DNA of 64,000 bases from an uncultured delta proteobacterium. Its GTDB lineage: Bacteria; Myxococcota_A; Polyangia; Polyangiales; JAFGIB01. Numbering within the stretch: the stretch's first letter is position 1; each line of letters opens with the position of its first letter. Under the pieces are notes generated by a model, which saw nothing but the letters and a program-made list of their open reading frames with translations, had not been told where the DNA came from and searched no databases. The stretch lies in contig CAVZVA010000002.1 in NCBI GenBank assembly GCA_963778655.1, positions 192,001-256,000 on the forward strand. Direction: 5' to 3'. The translations under genes were made by a program, and so were the position numbers. This document shows, one piece after another, positions 1 to 10,548 of the stretch.

Positions 1-391
1 GCTGCTCGAGGACCAGCAGATGGGACTGGCGCTGCGGCGCCTGCTCTCGGGGCTGGAGCCCGAGGGCGCGCGGCCGCTGCCAGAGGGCCTGCCACCCAGC
101 TACACCTGCATGTTCGCGCTGGCCGCGACGCGCTGGGGCGTCGCCCCCGAGGACGCGCTCAGCGGCTTCTTCTACGCCTGCTGCGACAGCATGGTGAGCG
201 CGGCCCTGCGGCTGCTTCCACTCGGGCAGAGCGCCGGCCAGCGCGTGCTCGAACGCGCGCTGCCCGCGATCGAGCGCTGCGCGAAGCACAGCGCCACGCT
301 GCGGGACGACGACATCGGCAACCTCTGCCCAGGGCTCGCGCTCGCGAGCGCCACGCACGAAACCCAGTACTCTCGGCTCTTTCGCTCGTGA
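1..391 (+). CDS. ureF: Urease accessory protein UreF (5'-truncated by window edge)
   Basis: SAALRLLPLGQSAGQ motif and C-terminal HETQYSRLFRS typical of UreF; directly upstream of ureG. Confidence 0.92.
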   Translation, partial: LLEDQQMGLALRRLLSGLEPEGARPLPEGLPPSYTCMFALAATRWGVAPEDALSGFFYACCDSMVSAALRLLPLGQSAGQRVLERALPAIERCAKHSATLRDDDIGNLCPGLALASATHETQYSRLFRS

Positions 392-406
392 GGCAGCTCT
401 GTTCAC

Positions 407-487
407 CGGGGAGGACACGCGCCCTCCCCGCCCAGCCGGCAAAGCCGTCAGGGTCCCACTCCTCCGCGAGGGTCGCTTCGCTCCCGA
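407..487. repeat. REP-like family A copy (CGGGGAGG-ACACGCGC-CCTCCCCG hairpin, CGGCAAAGCC, CGCGAGGGTCGCTTCG)
   Basis: Same motifs recur at ~16684, ~28832 and ~47100. Confidence 0.75.
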
Positions 488-531
488 TCGCTCTTGTTGC
501 CGGCTCTGCCGTCAGGCCGTAAACGGTCACC

Positions 532-1155
<624 letters not shown>

Positions 1156-1228
1156 CGCGCATCCCGGGACCGCCGCGAAGAACCAACAGGAAGGCGGGAA
1201 GGCGGAAAGAGCGACCGGCCTCGGCCGC

Positions 1229-1843
1229 TCAGGCCGGCCAGCTCGGTGCTATCCCGGCCTGCGCCTGCAGCTCGGCGGCGACCGCCTGCACGGCGGATGC
1301 GCCGCCTTGCACGGCTGCGCTGGCGCGGTCCACCTCAGCCGGCGTGAGCATCGAGAGCTGGCGGCCCTGGCCGTCGTGCACCTCGACCGCGCCGTGGGCG
1401 TCGAGGCGCACGCGCGTCAGCGGCCGCATCTTCGCGTCGAGCACGATCATCTCCCGCGCGCTCACCCGCCGCACGTACAGCACCCGTACCAGCTTGCCGT
1501 TGTGCCGGTGCTCGTGCCGGATGAGGTTGGGATCTGCGGTACGGGTGCTGGTCAGCGTGTTGCCGTCCCCGAGGTCCGCGTGACCCTCGCCGATCGGGTT
1601 CTTGCCGGAGAAGAACTCGATGGTGTTGAGCACCAGCACGTCGGCCAGCACGAACAAGCTGTACACGGGCAGAATGGCCAGAGCCAGGAACACCAGCCAG
1701 CGCAGCCACTTGCTGTCGCTGACCTCGCTATTCCACTTGTAGAGCGAGTGGGTGGCGCCGAACGAGCCGAAGCAGCCGGAGCCGAGCAGCGCGAGGGCGG
1801 CAACCAGCGACGCGCGTCGGGTGATCGCATTGGACCGATGCAT
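1229..1843 (-). CDS. DUF3332-like lipoprotein/membrane protein
   Basis: ATG 1843 with GAAAGGA RBS; lipobox-like GSGC then FGSFGAT..YKWN..KW....ADVLVLNTIEFFSGKNPI. Confidence 0.75.
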   Translation of the reverse strand: MHRSNAITRRASLVAALALLGSGCFGSFGATHSLYKWNSEVSDSKWLRWLVFLALAILPVYSLFVLADVLVLNTIEFFSGKNPIGEGHADLGDGNTLTSTRTADPNLIRHEHRHNGKLVRVLYVRRVSAREMIVLDAKMRPLTRVRLDAHGAVEVHDGQGRQLSMLTPAEVDRASAAVQGGASAVQAVAAELQAQAGIAPSWPA

Positions 1844-2120
1844 GACAGTGGGTTCCTTTCCGGACCAGGGTGGTGAGGGACGGCAGTGTGTTACCAGGGC
1901 GGCATTGTGCCCCAGATAAGGCGCGGCAGGGGGACGCGACCGGCCGACGAGCCGAAATCCGGCGGAAACGGCACCCGCGTGCAAGCCGCGCCGAGCCGCA
2001 TTAAGCTAGGAGCGCAGTGCAGGTGGATTCCTTCGCCCGGGTTGGCGCCGGCCGGCCACTGTAGGGCAGAACATCCGGTCCCGCGCGGCCGCGCCGCACC
2101 CCGCAAGAATCTGCGACCCT

Positions 2121-3206
2121 ATGAGCCCAGCACCGACCTCCAAGCCCTCGGTCGCCCCCATCGCGGGAGAGCGCCGCCTCTCCATCCGCCTGATGTGGCC
2201 CTTCGTGCGCGTCGCGGGCGGCAACCGGGAGGAGATGGCGATCCTCGAGCGCGAGGGCGTGGGCCTGGCCGAATTCGCCGACCCCGACACGCGCGTACGG
2301 CACCGCGTGGCGATGGAGTTGCTCGGCCACGCCATACGCAGGACCGGTGATCGCGCGCTCGGCCTGCGCGCCGCCGAGACCCTCGAGCCCGGCGATCTGG
2401 ACGTGCTGGAGCACGTCACCAGCACCTGCTCGACCCTACGTGAGGCGATCGAGTGCTGGGCACGCTACGTGCGCTTGATGAACGAAGCAGCCACCATCAC
2501 CCTCGAGGAGGGCGACGAGCTCGCGCAAGTGTGCTGGCGCATCTCCGACGGCGTGCCCCAGCTCCCCGCGGCCAACGACTTCGTGGCCGCCAGCGCGCTC
2601 AGCTTGTGGCGGCGCCACACCGGCGTCGAGGTGCTGGCGGAGGAGATCCACTTCGAGCACGCGCGGCCTACCGACACCGCTGCCTATGCGCGCGTGTTGC
2701 GCGTTCCAGTGCGCTTCGGCATGCCGCAGGGGGCCACCGTGATTCGGAGGGCCTGGCTCGATCTGCCGCTGGTGCGCGCCGACCGTGGGCTGCACACCGC
2801 GTTCGAGCTGCACGCACGCGCGCTGCTCGAGCGCCTGCGCACCAGCGACAGCGTCACCGCCCGCGCGCGGGAGCTGGTGATCTCGCAACTGTCGTGCGGC
2901 GATAGCAGTATGGGGACCGTGGCGCGCAAGATGGCGATGAGCGTGGCCACACTGCGGCGCAGGCTCGACGAGGAGGGCACGAGCCACCGCGAGATCCTCG
3001 ATCGGGCCCGCCACCAGCTGGCGTTGCGCTACCTGCGAGACCGGCGCCTGGCTACGAGCGAGGTCGCCTTTCTGCTCGGGTTCTCCCACGTCACCGCGCT
3101 GCACAAGGCATTCAAGCGCTGGACCGGCGGGGTGACGCCGGCCGCGTTTCGCGACGGCGGCGACGGTGGCCCCGGCAGTGCAGGCGAGCGCAAGCAGTCG
3201 GCCTGA
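2121..3206 (+). CDS. AraC family transcriptional regulator
   Basis: C-terminal AraC HTH (MSVATLRRRL..EG; EVAFLLGFS..ALHKAFKRWTG). Confidence 0.92.
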   Translation: MSPAPTSKPSVAPIAGERRLSIRLMWPFVRVAGGNREEMAILEREGVGLAEFADPDTRVRHRVAMELLGHAIRRTGDRALGLRAAETLEPGDLDVLEHVTSTCSTLREAIECWARYVRLMNEAATITLEEGDELAQVCWRISDGVPQLPAANDFVAASALSLWRRHTGVEVLAEEIHFEHARPTDTAAYARVLRVPVRFGMPQGATVIRRAWLDLPLVRADRGLHTAFELHARALLERLRTSDSVTARARELVISQLSCGDSSMGTVARKMAMSVATLRRRLDEEGTSHREILDRARHQLALRYLRDRRLATSEVAFLLGFSHVTALHKAFKRWTGGVTPAAFRDGGDGGPGSAGERKQSA

Positions 3207-3581
3207 CGCGCGGCTCGAGCGCGTGCGCCGGGCTGAGCTCACGCCGGGCTGCGCGGACCGTGACGCAGCTTGTGCTATCCGCTTCGCTCAAGGCTCGACC
3301 GCCTTGAAGGCGCGCCCTTGTGCGGTCTTTGCGGGTTGTTTCTCGAGCCGGCACGGTCCGTCGCCGCTGATCTGAGCCCCGCAGACAACGATCTGAGCGA
3401 AGCGGCTGGCGCGGTTTGCAAGCGTGCCCGCCACACTGCGGAGCACATGGTGGGCTGGATTGTGGTGGCACCTTCGATACGGCGTTCGCTGCGGGGTGGT
3501 GGATCGGGCGGCACGGCAATGCGCCGGCCCCGGCCGCTGCAGACAGTGGGCGACGCCAGGGCGTCCATCCGATCAGCCGGC

Positions 3582-3842
3582 GAGTCGAATCACTCCAGCG
3601 CTCATTGCATGAACCCGAGGTGCCGGTCGAATGGCCGCGCTCCGATACTCACCAACCCAGACCCAGGAAGCCGAAGCGGCGGAATAGCCACCCCTATCCT
3701 CGCGCTTCGGGGAGACCGCATGGGCTCCCGCGGCCGGGCGATCGGTGCCGACGGTTCGTGCAATGAGCCCTGGACCCTTCGGGTGATTCGCCGACTCCAA
3801 ATCAGAGCTCGCACTTCGGGATCGAATCGCAAACTCTGATTT
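3582..3842 (+). ncRNA. Candidate structured ncRNA: long rod-like fold-back plus 3' hairpin
   Basis: Nested complementary segments 3586-93/3783-90, 3594-98/3770-74, 3600-15/3753-68, 3619-28/3740-49, 3633-39/3729-35, 3671-78/3703-10; G-U wobbles favour + strand; then AAATCAGAG/CTCTGATTT hairpin. Confidence 0.6.
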
Positions 3843-4085
3843 CTCCTTTGATTGTCAGGCGGTCACGCCGACTCCCTGTGCACGTGGCAAAGCCTCACGC
3901 ATTCACCCTCTTGCGGTGGTGCGGCATCCGCCGCACCGCTACATGGCCGATCGGCATGGCCGTTCCCGAATCGTGATCGGTCATTTAGCGGACGACGTGC
4001 CGAGGAGCCCAACGCCCGGGGGACGACCGGCGGCCTCGGCGAGCCAGATAGACGGCTGCGCGCGCGTGAGGCTATCTTAGGCTGC

Positions 4086-5555
4086 GTGGAGCAGCCCAAG
4101 CCGAAGATCCTCATCGTCACCGACGACGAGGCGCTGCGCGCCGCGCTGGTGCACCAGCTCGTCGGCCACGGCTACGCGCTCGAATCGGTGTCGGACGGCG
4201 AGGCCGCCCTCTCGTTCATGGAGTCGTCCGGCCCACACGCGGTGGTGGTGGGGCTCGAGCTCTCCGGCATGGGCTCGCTCGAGCTGATCGAGCGGGCGCG
4301 CGCGCTCGCGGGGGGCCAGACCGCATTCATCGCGATCTCGCGCTCCGAGTCGCCGGCCGCAATCGTGGAGGCCCTGCGGCGCGGCGCCGACCAGTGCCTG
4401 CAGTGGCCCGAGCACCGGGGGGCGCTATCCCTGGTGGTGCAACGCGCGATGGAGAAGCCGGCGCTCGCGCGCGAGGTGGAGCGCGCCCGCGACGGCATCC
4501 TGGACGGACTTTCGGTCGGCAGGGTGGAGAGCATCGTCGGCTCTCACCCCTCGATGCAGCGGCTGCTGAGCAAGGTCAGCCAGGCCGCACAGAGCCGCGC
4601 CACGGTGCTGATCCACGGCGAGACCGGCACCGGCAAGGAGTTGATCGCGGCGGCGGTGCACGCGCACTCCAAGCGCGGGCACGGTCCGTTCGTGAAGCTC
4701 AACTGCGCGGCGCTGGCGGACACCGTGCTCGAGTCCGAGCTGTTCGGACATGAGAAGGGCTCGTTCACCGGCGCGACCACGCGGCGCAAGGGTCGCTTCG
4801 AGCAGGCCGACGGCGGGACCTTGTTCCTGGACGAGGTCAGCGAGATCAGCCCGGGCGTGCAGATCAAGCTGCTGCGCTTTCTGCAGGAGCGCGAGTTCGA
4901 GCGCGTGGGCGGTAACGACACCATCCGCGTGGATGTGCGCATCGTGGCGGCCACCAACAAGGATCTGGCCCAGCTGGTCGAGGACGGCCGCTTTCGCGAG
5001 GACCTGTACTACCGCCTCAACGTGGTGCGCCTGGACGTGCCGCCGCTGCGCATGCGGCCGAGCGACATCCCCATGCTCGCCGAGCACTTCCTGCGCCACT
5101 ACGCCGAGGAGAACGAGAAGCCGCTCCGCGGCCTCACGCAGCGCGCCACCGAGGCGCTGCTCTCGCACCCCTGGCCGGGCAACGTGCGCGAGCTGCAAAA
5201 CGCGATCGAGCAGGCGGTAGTGCTGTGCGAGGACGACATGGTCGACGCCCAGGACCTGCCGATCGCCAAGAGCGGCAGCGAGGTCGACCCGCTACGACTG
5301 ATGATCCCAGGGGTGACGCTGGCGGAGCTCGAGCGCTTCGCGATCCTGCGCACGCTCGAAACCTGCGGCAACTCGCCGACCAAGGCCGCGGCCGTGTTGG
5401 GCATCAGCCGGCGCACGATCCAGTATCGGCTGCAGGAGTGGGGCCTGAGCCGGGCGCCCCGCGGGGGCAAAGCGGACAAGGACGACGAGGCCGGCTCGGA
5501 GCCCGCCGGGCGCGAGCCGCCGCACGCGCTGCAGACCTCCAGCGGACGCCGGTGA
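4086..5555 (+). CDS. Sigma54-dependent enhancer-binding protein (NtrC-like) with atypical receiver domain
   Basis: GETGTGKE Walker A, ESELFGHEKGSFTGA, LFLDE, WPGNVREL, Fis-type HTH; start GTG 4086 inferred. Confidence 0.93.
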   Translation: MEQPKPKILIVTDDEALRAALVHQLVGHGYALESVSDGEAALSFMESSGPHAVVVGLELSGMGSLELIERARALAGGQTAFIAISRSESPAAIVEALRRGADQCLQWPEHRGALSLVVQRAMEKPALAREVERARDGILDGLSVGRVESIVGSHPSMQRLLSKVSQAAQSRATVLIHGETGTGKELIAAAVHAHSKRGHGPFVKLNCAALADTVLESELFGHEKGSFTGATTRRKGRFEQADGGTLFLDEVSEISPGVQIKLLRFLQEREFERVGGNDTIRVDVRIVAATNKDLAQLVEDGRFREDLYYRLNVVRLDVPPLRMRPSDIPMLAEHFLRHYAEENEKPLRGLTQRATEALLSHPWPGNVRELQNAIEQAVVLCEDDMVDAQDLPIAKSGSEVDPLRLMIPGVTLAELERFAILRTLETCGNSPTKAAAVLGISRRTIQYRLQEWGLSRAPRGGKADKDDEAGSEPAGREPPHALQTSSGRR

Positions 5556-5754
5556 GCTCGCCTGCTCGCGGGGGGCTGAGCGCGTTGCAGGCGCCGCGGG
5601 CCACGAGGTCGGAGCGCCGCCTCGGCGAAGCCCGCGCCGGTAGTCGGATCTGACGTGTTTCCCGCGGATTGTGAGGTAGGCTCTCGCCGTGCGGAAGCGC
5701 CCCGCTCCCGCCCAGAAGCGTTCAGGAGCGGCAGCAGGGTCGGGTCGAAGGCGC

Positions 5755-6756
5755 GTGAGCACTGACACAGCCGAGATCGTGCTGAGCGTGGAGGGTCTGG
5801 TCACGTCCTTCGTGACCGGCCAAGGCGTGATCCGGCCGGTCGACCACGTCAGCTTCGAGCTCCGGCGCGGGCACACGCTGGCGATCGTGGGTGAATCGGG
5901 CTGCGGCAAGAGCGTGACCGCGCTGTCGATCATGCGGCTGGTGCCGGAGGGCACCGGCCGCATCGAGCACGGGCGGATCGTGTTCGAGGGCCGCGACGTG
6001 ATGGCCCTGGGCAAGCGCGAGCTGCGCTCGTTCCGCGGCAACCGCGCCGCGATGATCTTCCAGGAGCCGATGACCGCGCTCAACCCGGTGCTGACCGTGG
6101 GAAAGCAGGTGGCCGAGGCCTTCCGGCTGCACCAGAACGCCTCGCGCGCCCAAGCGCGCGCGCGAGCGGTCGCGATGCTGGAGAAGGTGCGCATCGCCGA
6201 CGCGGCCTCGCGCGCGCGCAACTACCCGCACCAACTCTCGGGCGGGATGCGCCAGCGGGTCATGATCGCGATGGCGCTGGCCTGCAATCCAGCGCTGCTA
6301 ATCGCCGACGAGCCGACTACGGCACTCGACGTGACGATTCAGGCACAGATGTTGCACTTGATGCAGACTCTGCAGCGCGAGCTGGGCACCGCGGTGCTGT
6401 TCATCACCCACGATCTCGGCGTGGTGGCGGAGATCGCCGACGACGTCGCGGTGATGTACGCCGGCAGGATCGTGGAGCAGAGCGACGTCTTCGGGCTGTT
6501 CGAACGGCCCCTGCACCCCTACACCATCGGCCTGCTCGCCGCGCGGCCCAAGCTCGAAGGCGACCGCACCGCGCCGCTCGACACGGTGCAGGGCATGGTG
6601 CCGGCGCTGACTGAGCTGCCCAGCGGCTGCCGCTTCGAGCCGCGCTGCCCGCGGGCCGAGGCGATCTGCAAGCAGGCCGACCCGGAGCTGCTGCAGATCG
6701 GGCTGGGCGCTCGCAAGGTGGCCTGCCACGTGGTGCAGCGGGAGCTGCGCGCATGA
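5755..6756 (+). CDS. Oligopeptide/dipeptide ABC transporter ATP-binding subunit (OppD/DppD-like)
   Basis: [32 protein letters not shown]-terminal [12 protein letters not shown]. Confidence 0.95.
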   Translation: MSTDTAEIVLSVEGLVTSFVTGQGVIRPVDHVSFELRRGHTLAIVGESGCGKSVTALSIMRLVPEGTGRIEHGRIVFEGRDVMALGKRELRSFRGNRAAMIFQEPMTALNPVLTVGKQVAEAFRLHQNASRAQARARAVAMLEKVRIADAASRARNYPHQLSGGMRQRVMIAMALACNPALLIADEPTTALDVTIQAQMLHLMQTLQRELGTAVLFITHDLGVVAEIADDVAVMYAGRIVEQSDVFGLFERPLHPYTIGLLAARPKLEGDRTAPLDTVQGMVPALTELPSGCRFEPRCPRAEAICKQADPELLQIGLGARKVACHVVQRELRA

Positions 6757-7787
6757 GCCCCGCCGAGCCGGAGACCGAGCCCATTCTCGAGGTGCAGGAC
6801 ATCACCAAGGGCTTTCCGATCCGCGGCGGGGTGCTGCAGCGCGAGGTCGGGCGCGTGCTGGCCGTCGACTCGGTCAGCTTCAGCCTGCAGCGCGGACAGA
6901 CACTGGGCCTGGTGGGCGAGTCCGGTTGCGGCAAGTCCACGCTGGGCCGGGTGCTGGTGCGGCTGTACGAGCCGGACCGCGGCCGAATCACGCTGGCGGG
7001 ACGCGACTTCCTCGCGCTCAGCGCCGACGAGCTCAAGCGCGCCCGCGCCGGCATTCAGCTGGTGTTCCAGGACCCGTACGCTTCGCTCAACCCGCGCATG
7101 TCGATCGGGCGCATCCTGGAAGAGCCGTTCGTGCTGCACCGCATCGGCGACCGGGCCGAGCGGCGCCAGAAGGTGCTGCAGCTGCTGGAGCAGGTCGGGC
7201 TGCGCCCGGACATGGCCCAGCGCTACCCTCACGAGCTCTCGGGCGGGCAGCGCCAGCGCATCGGCATCGCGCGCGCGATCGCGCTCGAGCCGGAGGTGGT
7301 GATCTGCGACGAGCCGGTCTCCGCGCTCGACGTCTCGATCCAGTCCCAGGTGCTCAACCTGCTGCGCGAGCTGCAGCGGCGCCTGCACCTGACCTACGTG
7401 TTCATCTCGCACGACCTGGCCGTGGTACGCTACGTCTCGGATCGGGTCGCGGTGATGTACCTGGGCAAGCTGGTGGAGGTCGCCGGCACCGACGAGCTCT
7501 ATCGCGCGCCGCGCCATCCCTACACCCAGGCGCTGCTCGAGTCGGTACCGCAGCCCGACCCGCGCCGGCGCGGGCGCGATGCGCCGGTGCAGGGCGACGT
7601 GCCGAGCCCGCGCAACCCGCCCAGCGGCTGCACCTTCCACACCCGCTGCAAGTACGCCGTCGACCGGTGCAAGCGCGAGGTGCCGCAGCTGATTCCGCTC
7701 TCGACCAAGCCCGAGCATCGGGTGGCCTGCCACCTGGTCCACTCGGGCGCGTTGCCGCCGCCGGCCGGCGCGGAGGAGGCATCGTGA
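6753..7787 (+). CDS. Oligopeptide/dipeptide ABC transporter ATP-binding subunit (OppF/DppF-like)
   Basis: [50 protein letters not shown] overlap. Confidence 0.95.
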   Translation: MSPAEPETEPILEVQDITKGFPIRGGVLQREVGRVLAVDSVSFSLQRGQTLGLVGESGCGKSTLGRVLVRLYEPDRGRITLAGRDFLALSADELKRARAGIQLVFQDPYASLNPRMSIGRILEEPFVLHRIGDRAERRQKVLQLLEQVGLRPDMAQRYPHELSGGQRQRIGIARAIALEPEVVICDEPVSALDVSIQSQVLNLLRELQRRLHLTYVFISHDLAVVRYVSDRVAVMYLGKLVEVAGTDELYRAPRHPYTQALLESVPQPDPRRRGRDAPVQGDVPSPRNPPSGCTFHTRCKYAVDRCKREVPQLIPLSTKPEHRVACHLVHSGALPPPAGAEEAS

Positions 7788-9601
7788 GGCGAGCCGCGGC
7801 AAGGATTCGGACGCGAGCGATGGCGGCGAGCCTCGTGCTGCTGCTGGGCCTGCTGCCGGCCTGCAGCAAGCTCGGCTGCGGCGGCGCGGGCGCAGGCCGC
7901 GGCTCCAAGAAGATCTTTCATTATCTGCGCACCTCGGCTCACAAGAGCCTGGACCCGGTGCGGGAGTTCGACTCCGCCTCGGCCGAGGTGGTGACCAACG
8001 TCTACGACACCTTGCTGCAGTACAGCTATCTGAAGCGGCCCTACCAGCTCGAGCCCGACTTGTTGACCAAGCTGCCGGAGCTGAGCCCGGACGGCCTGCG
8101 CTATAGCTTCGAGCTGCGCGGCGACGTGCGCTTCGCCGACGACCCGTGCTTCCCGCACGGCAAGGGTCGGACCCTGACCGCCGACGACGTAATCTATTCG
8201 ATCAAGCGCTTCGCCGACGCCAATCTCAACGCCAAGAGCTACTCGCTGATGCAGGGCGTGGTCGAGGGCATGGACGCGTTCCGCCAGCAGACCAAGCGCC
8301 TGGGCAAGGGGGTCGACTACGCCAAGCTCCAGATCAGCGGATTGCAGAAGCAGGACGCACGCCACTTCACCATGCAGCTCACCCGGGCCAATCCGCTGGC
8401 GCTGCTTCCGCTGGCGTCGTCGCAGCTCTCGATCGTGCCGCACGAGGCGGTCGAGCACTACGGGCGGCAGTTCGAAGAGCACCCGGTCGGCACCGGCCCG
8501 TTCCGGATCAAGGTGTTCTCGCGCCGCGGCGTGATCATCCTGGAGAAGAACCCCCACTATCACCTCACCTACCCGAGCGAGGGCGCGCCCGGAGACGCCG
8601 AGCGCGGTCTGCTGCGCGACGCCGGCAAGCGACTGCCGCTGGTCGACGAGGTGCAGCTGCCGCTGATCGAGGAGCCACAGCCCGCGATGCTGCGCTTCCT
8701 CAGCGGCCAGCTCGACTGGATCGGGATGGACCGCGACAACTTCGTCAAGATGGCCTATCGCGACGACTCGGGCTTCCACCTCAGGCCCGCGTACGCCAAG
8801 CGGTTTTCGATTTACTCCGAGCCGTATCTGGCCATCGAGTACTTCGCGTTCAATATGAAGGACGCGCTGGTCGGCAAGAACAAGGCGCTGCGTCAGGCGC
8901 TGGCCTACGCGCTCGACATCCCAGGCTTCCTGCAGAAGATGCGCAATGGTCGCGGCGTCGCGATCAAGACGCTGCTGCCCGATCCGATCGCCGGCAGCGA
9001 GCTGGACGTGCACACCCCCTGGTACAGCCATGACCTCGCGAAGGCCAAGCAGATGCTGGCCGAGGCCGGCTATCCGGACGGCAAGGGGCTGCCCCCGATC
9101 ACGATCGAGTATCGCAATTCCAACACGCTCGCGCGCCAGGAGTTCGAGTTTCACCGCGCCGAGGTGGCGCAGGCAGGCATCACGCTCAAGGCCAACTTCC
9201 AAACCTTTTCGGCGTTCCTGGAGCGGGTCGAGGTGACCGGCAACTTCCAGATGACCGACTCGGGCTGGCAGGCCGACTACCCCGATGGCGAGAACTTCTA
9301 CCAGCTGCTGTATTCGGCCAACAAGGTTCCCGGTCCCAACACCTCGAGCTACTCCAATCCCGAGTACGACCGGCTCTACGAGCAGGCGCGCTTCATGCCC
9401 AACGGGCCCGAGCGCTACGCGTTGTTCGCGCGCATGAACGACATCATCCGCGAGGACGTGCCGATCATCTTCACCTGGGAGCCAATCGCGGTGGGCCTGG
9501 TGCAGCCCTGGCTCAAGAATCTCAAACGCAACATGATGCTCGACCTTCCTGCGAAGTACGTCGACATCGATCTCGCGGCCGAGCGCAAGGGAGCACGCTG
9601 A
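7784..9601 (+). CDS. ABC transporter substrate-binding lipoprotein (family 5)
   Basis: Lipobox LLPAC; SLDP, PVGTGPF, LRQALAYA, GWQADYPD; start GTG 7784 or ATG 7820. Confidence 0.92.
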   Translation: MRRAAARIRTRAMAASLVLLLGLLPACSKLGCGGAGAGRGSKKIFHYLRTSAHKSLDPVREFDSASAEVVTNVYDTLLQYSYLKRPYQLEPDLLTKLPELSPDGLRYSFELRGDVRFADDPCFPHGKGRTLTADDVIYSIKRFADANLNAKSYSLMQGVVEGMDAFRQQTKRLGKGVDYAKLQISGLQKQDARHFTMQLTRANPLALLPLASSQLSIVPHEAVEHYGRQFEEHPVGTGPFRIKVFSRRGVIILEKNPHYHLTYPSEGAPGDAERGLLRDAGKRLPLVDEVQLPLIEEPQPAMLRFLSGQLDWIGMDRDNFVKMAYRDDSGFHLRPAYAKRFSIYSEPYLAIEYFAFNMKDALVGKNKALRQALAYALDIPGFLQKMRNGRGVAIKTLLPDPIAGSELDVHTPWYSHDLAKAKQMLAEAGYPDGKGLPPITIEYRNSNTLARQEFEFHRAEVAQAGITLKANFQTFSAFLERVEVTGNFQMTDSGWQADYPDGENFYQLLYSANKVPGPNTSSYSNPEYDRLYEQARFMPNGPERYALFARMNDIIREDVPIIFTWEPIAVGLVQPWLKNLKRNMMLDLPAKYVDIDLAAERKGAR

Positions 9602-10533
9602 TGCTGGCCTACGTGGTGCGTCGCCTGCTCGGGATGATTCCGGTACTGCTCGGCGTCGCGCTGCTGGTGTTCCTGCTGTTCAACACCGTGGGTGAAGACC
9701 CGGTGCGGGTCGCCCTGGGACAGCACGCCACCCCGCAGTCGATCGCCGATCTGCGCCACGAGTGGGGCCTGGACAAGCCGCTGCCGCTGCAGTTCGTGGA
9801 CTTCCTGCGCCAGATCGTCACCTTCGACTACGGGCGCTCCTACAACAGCGGCGAGCGCCTGAGCGACATGTTCGCGGCCGGTGCACCGGTCTCGCTGCTG
9901 CTGACGGTACCGCCGTTCGTGTTCGGCTTCATCCTCAACGTCTCGCTCGGGCTACTGATCGCGTACTACCGCGGTAGCTGGCTCGACCGCATCTCGACGG
10001 CGGTCTTCATCATGGCGATGAGCATCTCGTACCTGGTGTACATCATCGCCATGCAGTACTTCCTCGGCTTCAAGCTCGGCTGGTTTCCGATCAGCGGCTA
10101 CGCGCCCGGAATCGAGGGGCTGCAATACCTGGTGCTGCCGTGGCTGATCATCCTGGTGGTCGGCATCGGCCCCGACGTGCGCATCTACCGCACGGTGTTC
10201 CTGGACGAGACCCAGGCCGACTACGTGCGCACCGCGCGGGCCAAGGGCGTCGGGGAGCTGCGTGTGCTGTTCGGGCACGTGCTCAAGAACGCGATGATCC
10301 CGATCGTCACCTACACCATGGTCGCGGTGCCCTTCCTGATCCTGGGCGCCTTTCTGATGGAGCGCTTCTTCAGCTTGCCGGGGATCGGCGACTTGATGAT
10401 CAACGCCATCAACAACGGTGATTTCCCCGTGCTCAAAGGGCTGACCATGATCATCGCGCTGGGCTACTCCGGGGTGGTTCTGCTGACCGACATCATTTAC
10501 GCGTGGGTCGACCCGCGGGTGTCGCTGGATTGA
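9601..10533 (+). CDS. ABC transporter permease (OppB/DppB-like)
   Basis: YVVRRLL, GLDKPL..QF, DYVRTARAKG EAA-like loop. Confidence 0.95.
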   Translation: MLAYVVRRLLGMIPVLLGVALLVFLLFNTVGEDPVRVALGQHATPQSIADLRHEWGLDKPLPLQFVDFLRQIVTFDYGRSYNSGERLSDMFAAGAPVSLLLTVPPFVFGFILNVSLGLLIAYYRGSWLDRISTAVFIMAMSISYLVYIIAMQYFLGFKLGWFPISGYAPGIEGLQYLVLPWLIILVVGIGPDVRIYRTVFLDETQADYVRTARAKGVGELRVLFGHVLKNAMIPIVTYTMVAVPFLILGAFLMERFFSLPGIGDLMINAINNGDFPVLKGLTMIIALGYSGVVLLTDIIYAWVDPRVSLD

Positions 10534-10548
10534 CGGCTCGGACGGCGC

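Noticed and set aside
3582..3842. Retron msr-msd, Pxr or canonical 6S identity for the hairpin
   Set aside because: No reverse transcriptase in the window; 6S-like words (GGGAGCCC, GGGTTCA) are on the strand disfavoured by wobble pairs and wrongly spaced; no recognisable Pxr match. Left unassigned
3349..3902. Several TGGC/GGCAC..GC sigma54-like boxes
   Set aside because: GG-to-GC spacing is 8, 9 or 11 rather than the required 10
3852..4085. Long N-terminal extensions in the ORF track (also at 6926, 28589, 43357, 54387, 60024)
   Set aside because: Homology and RBS evidence support downstream starts; extensions are open by chance, not true fusions
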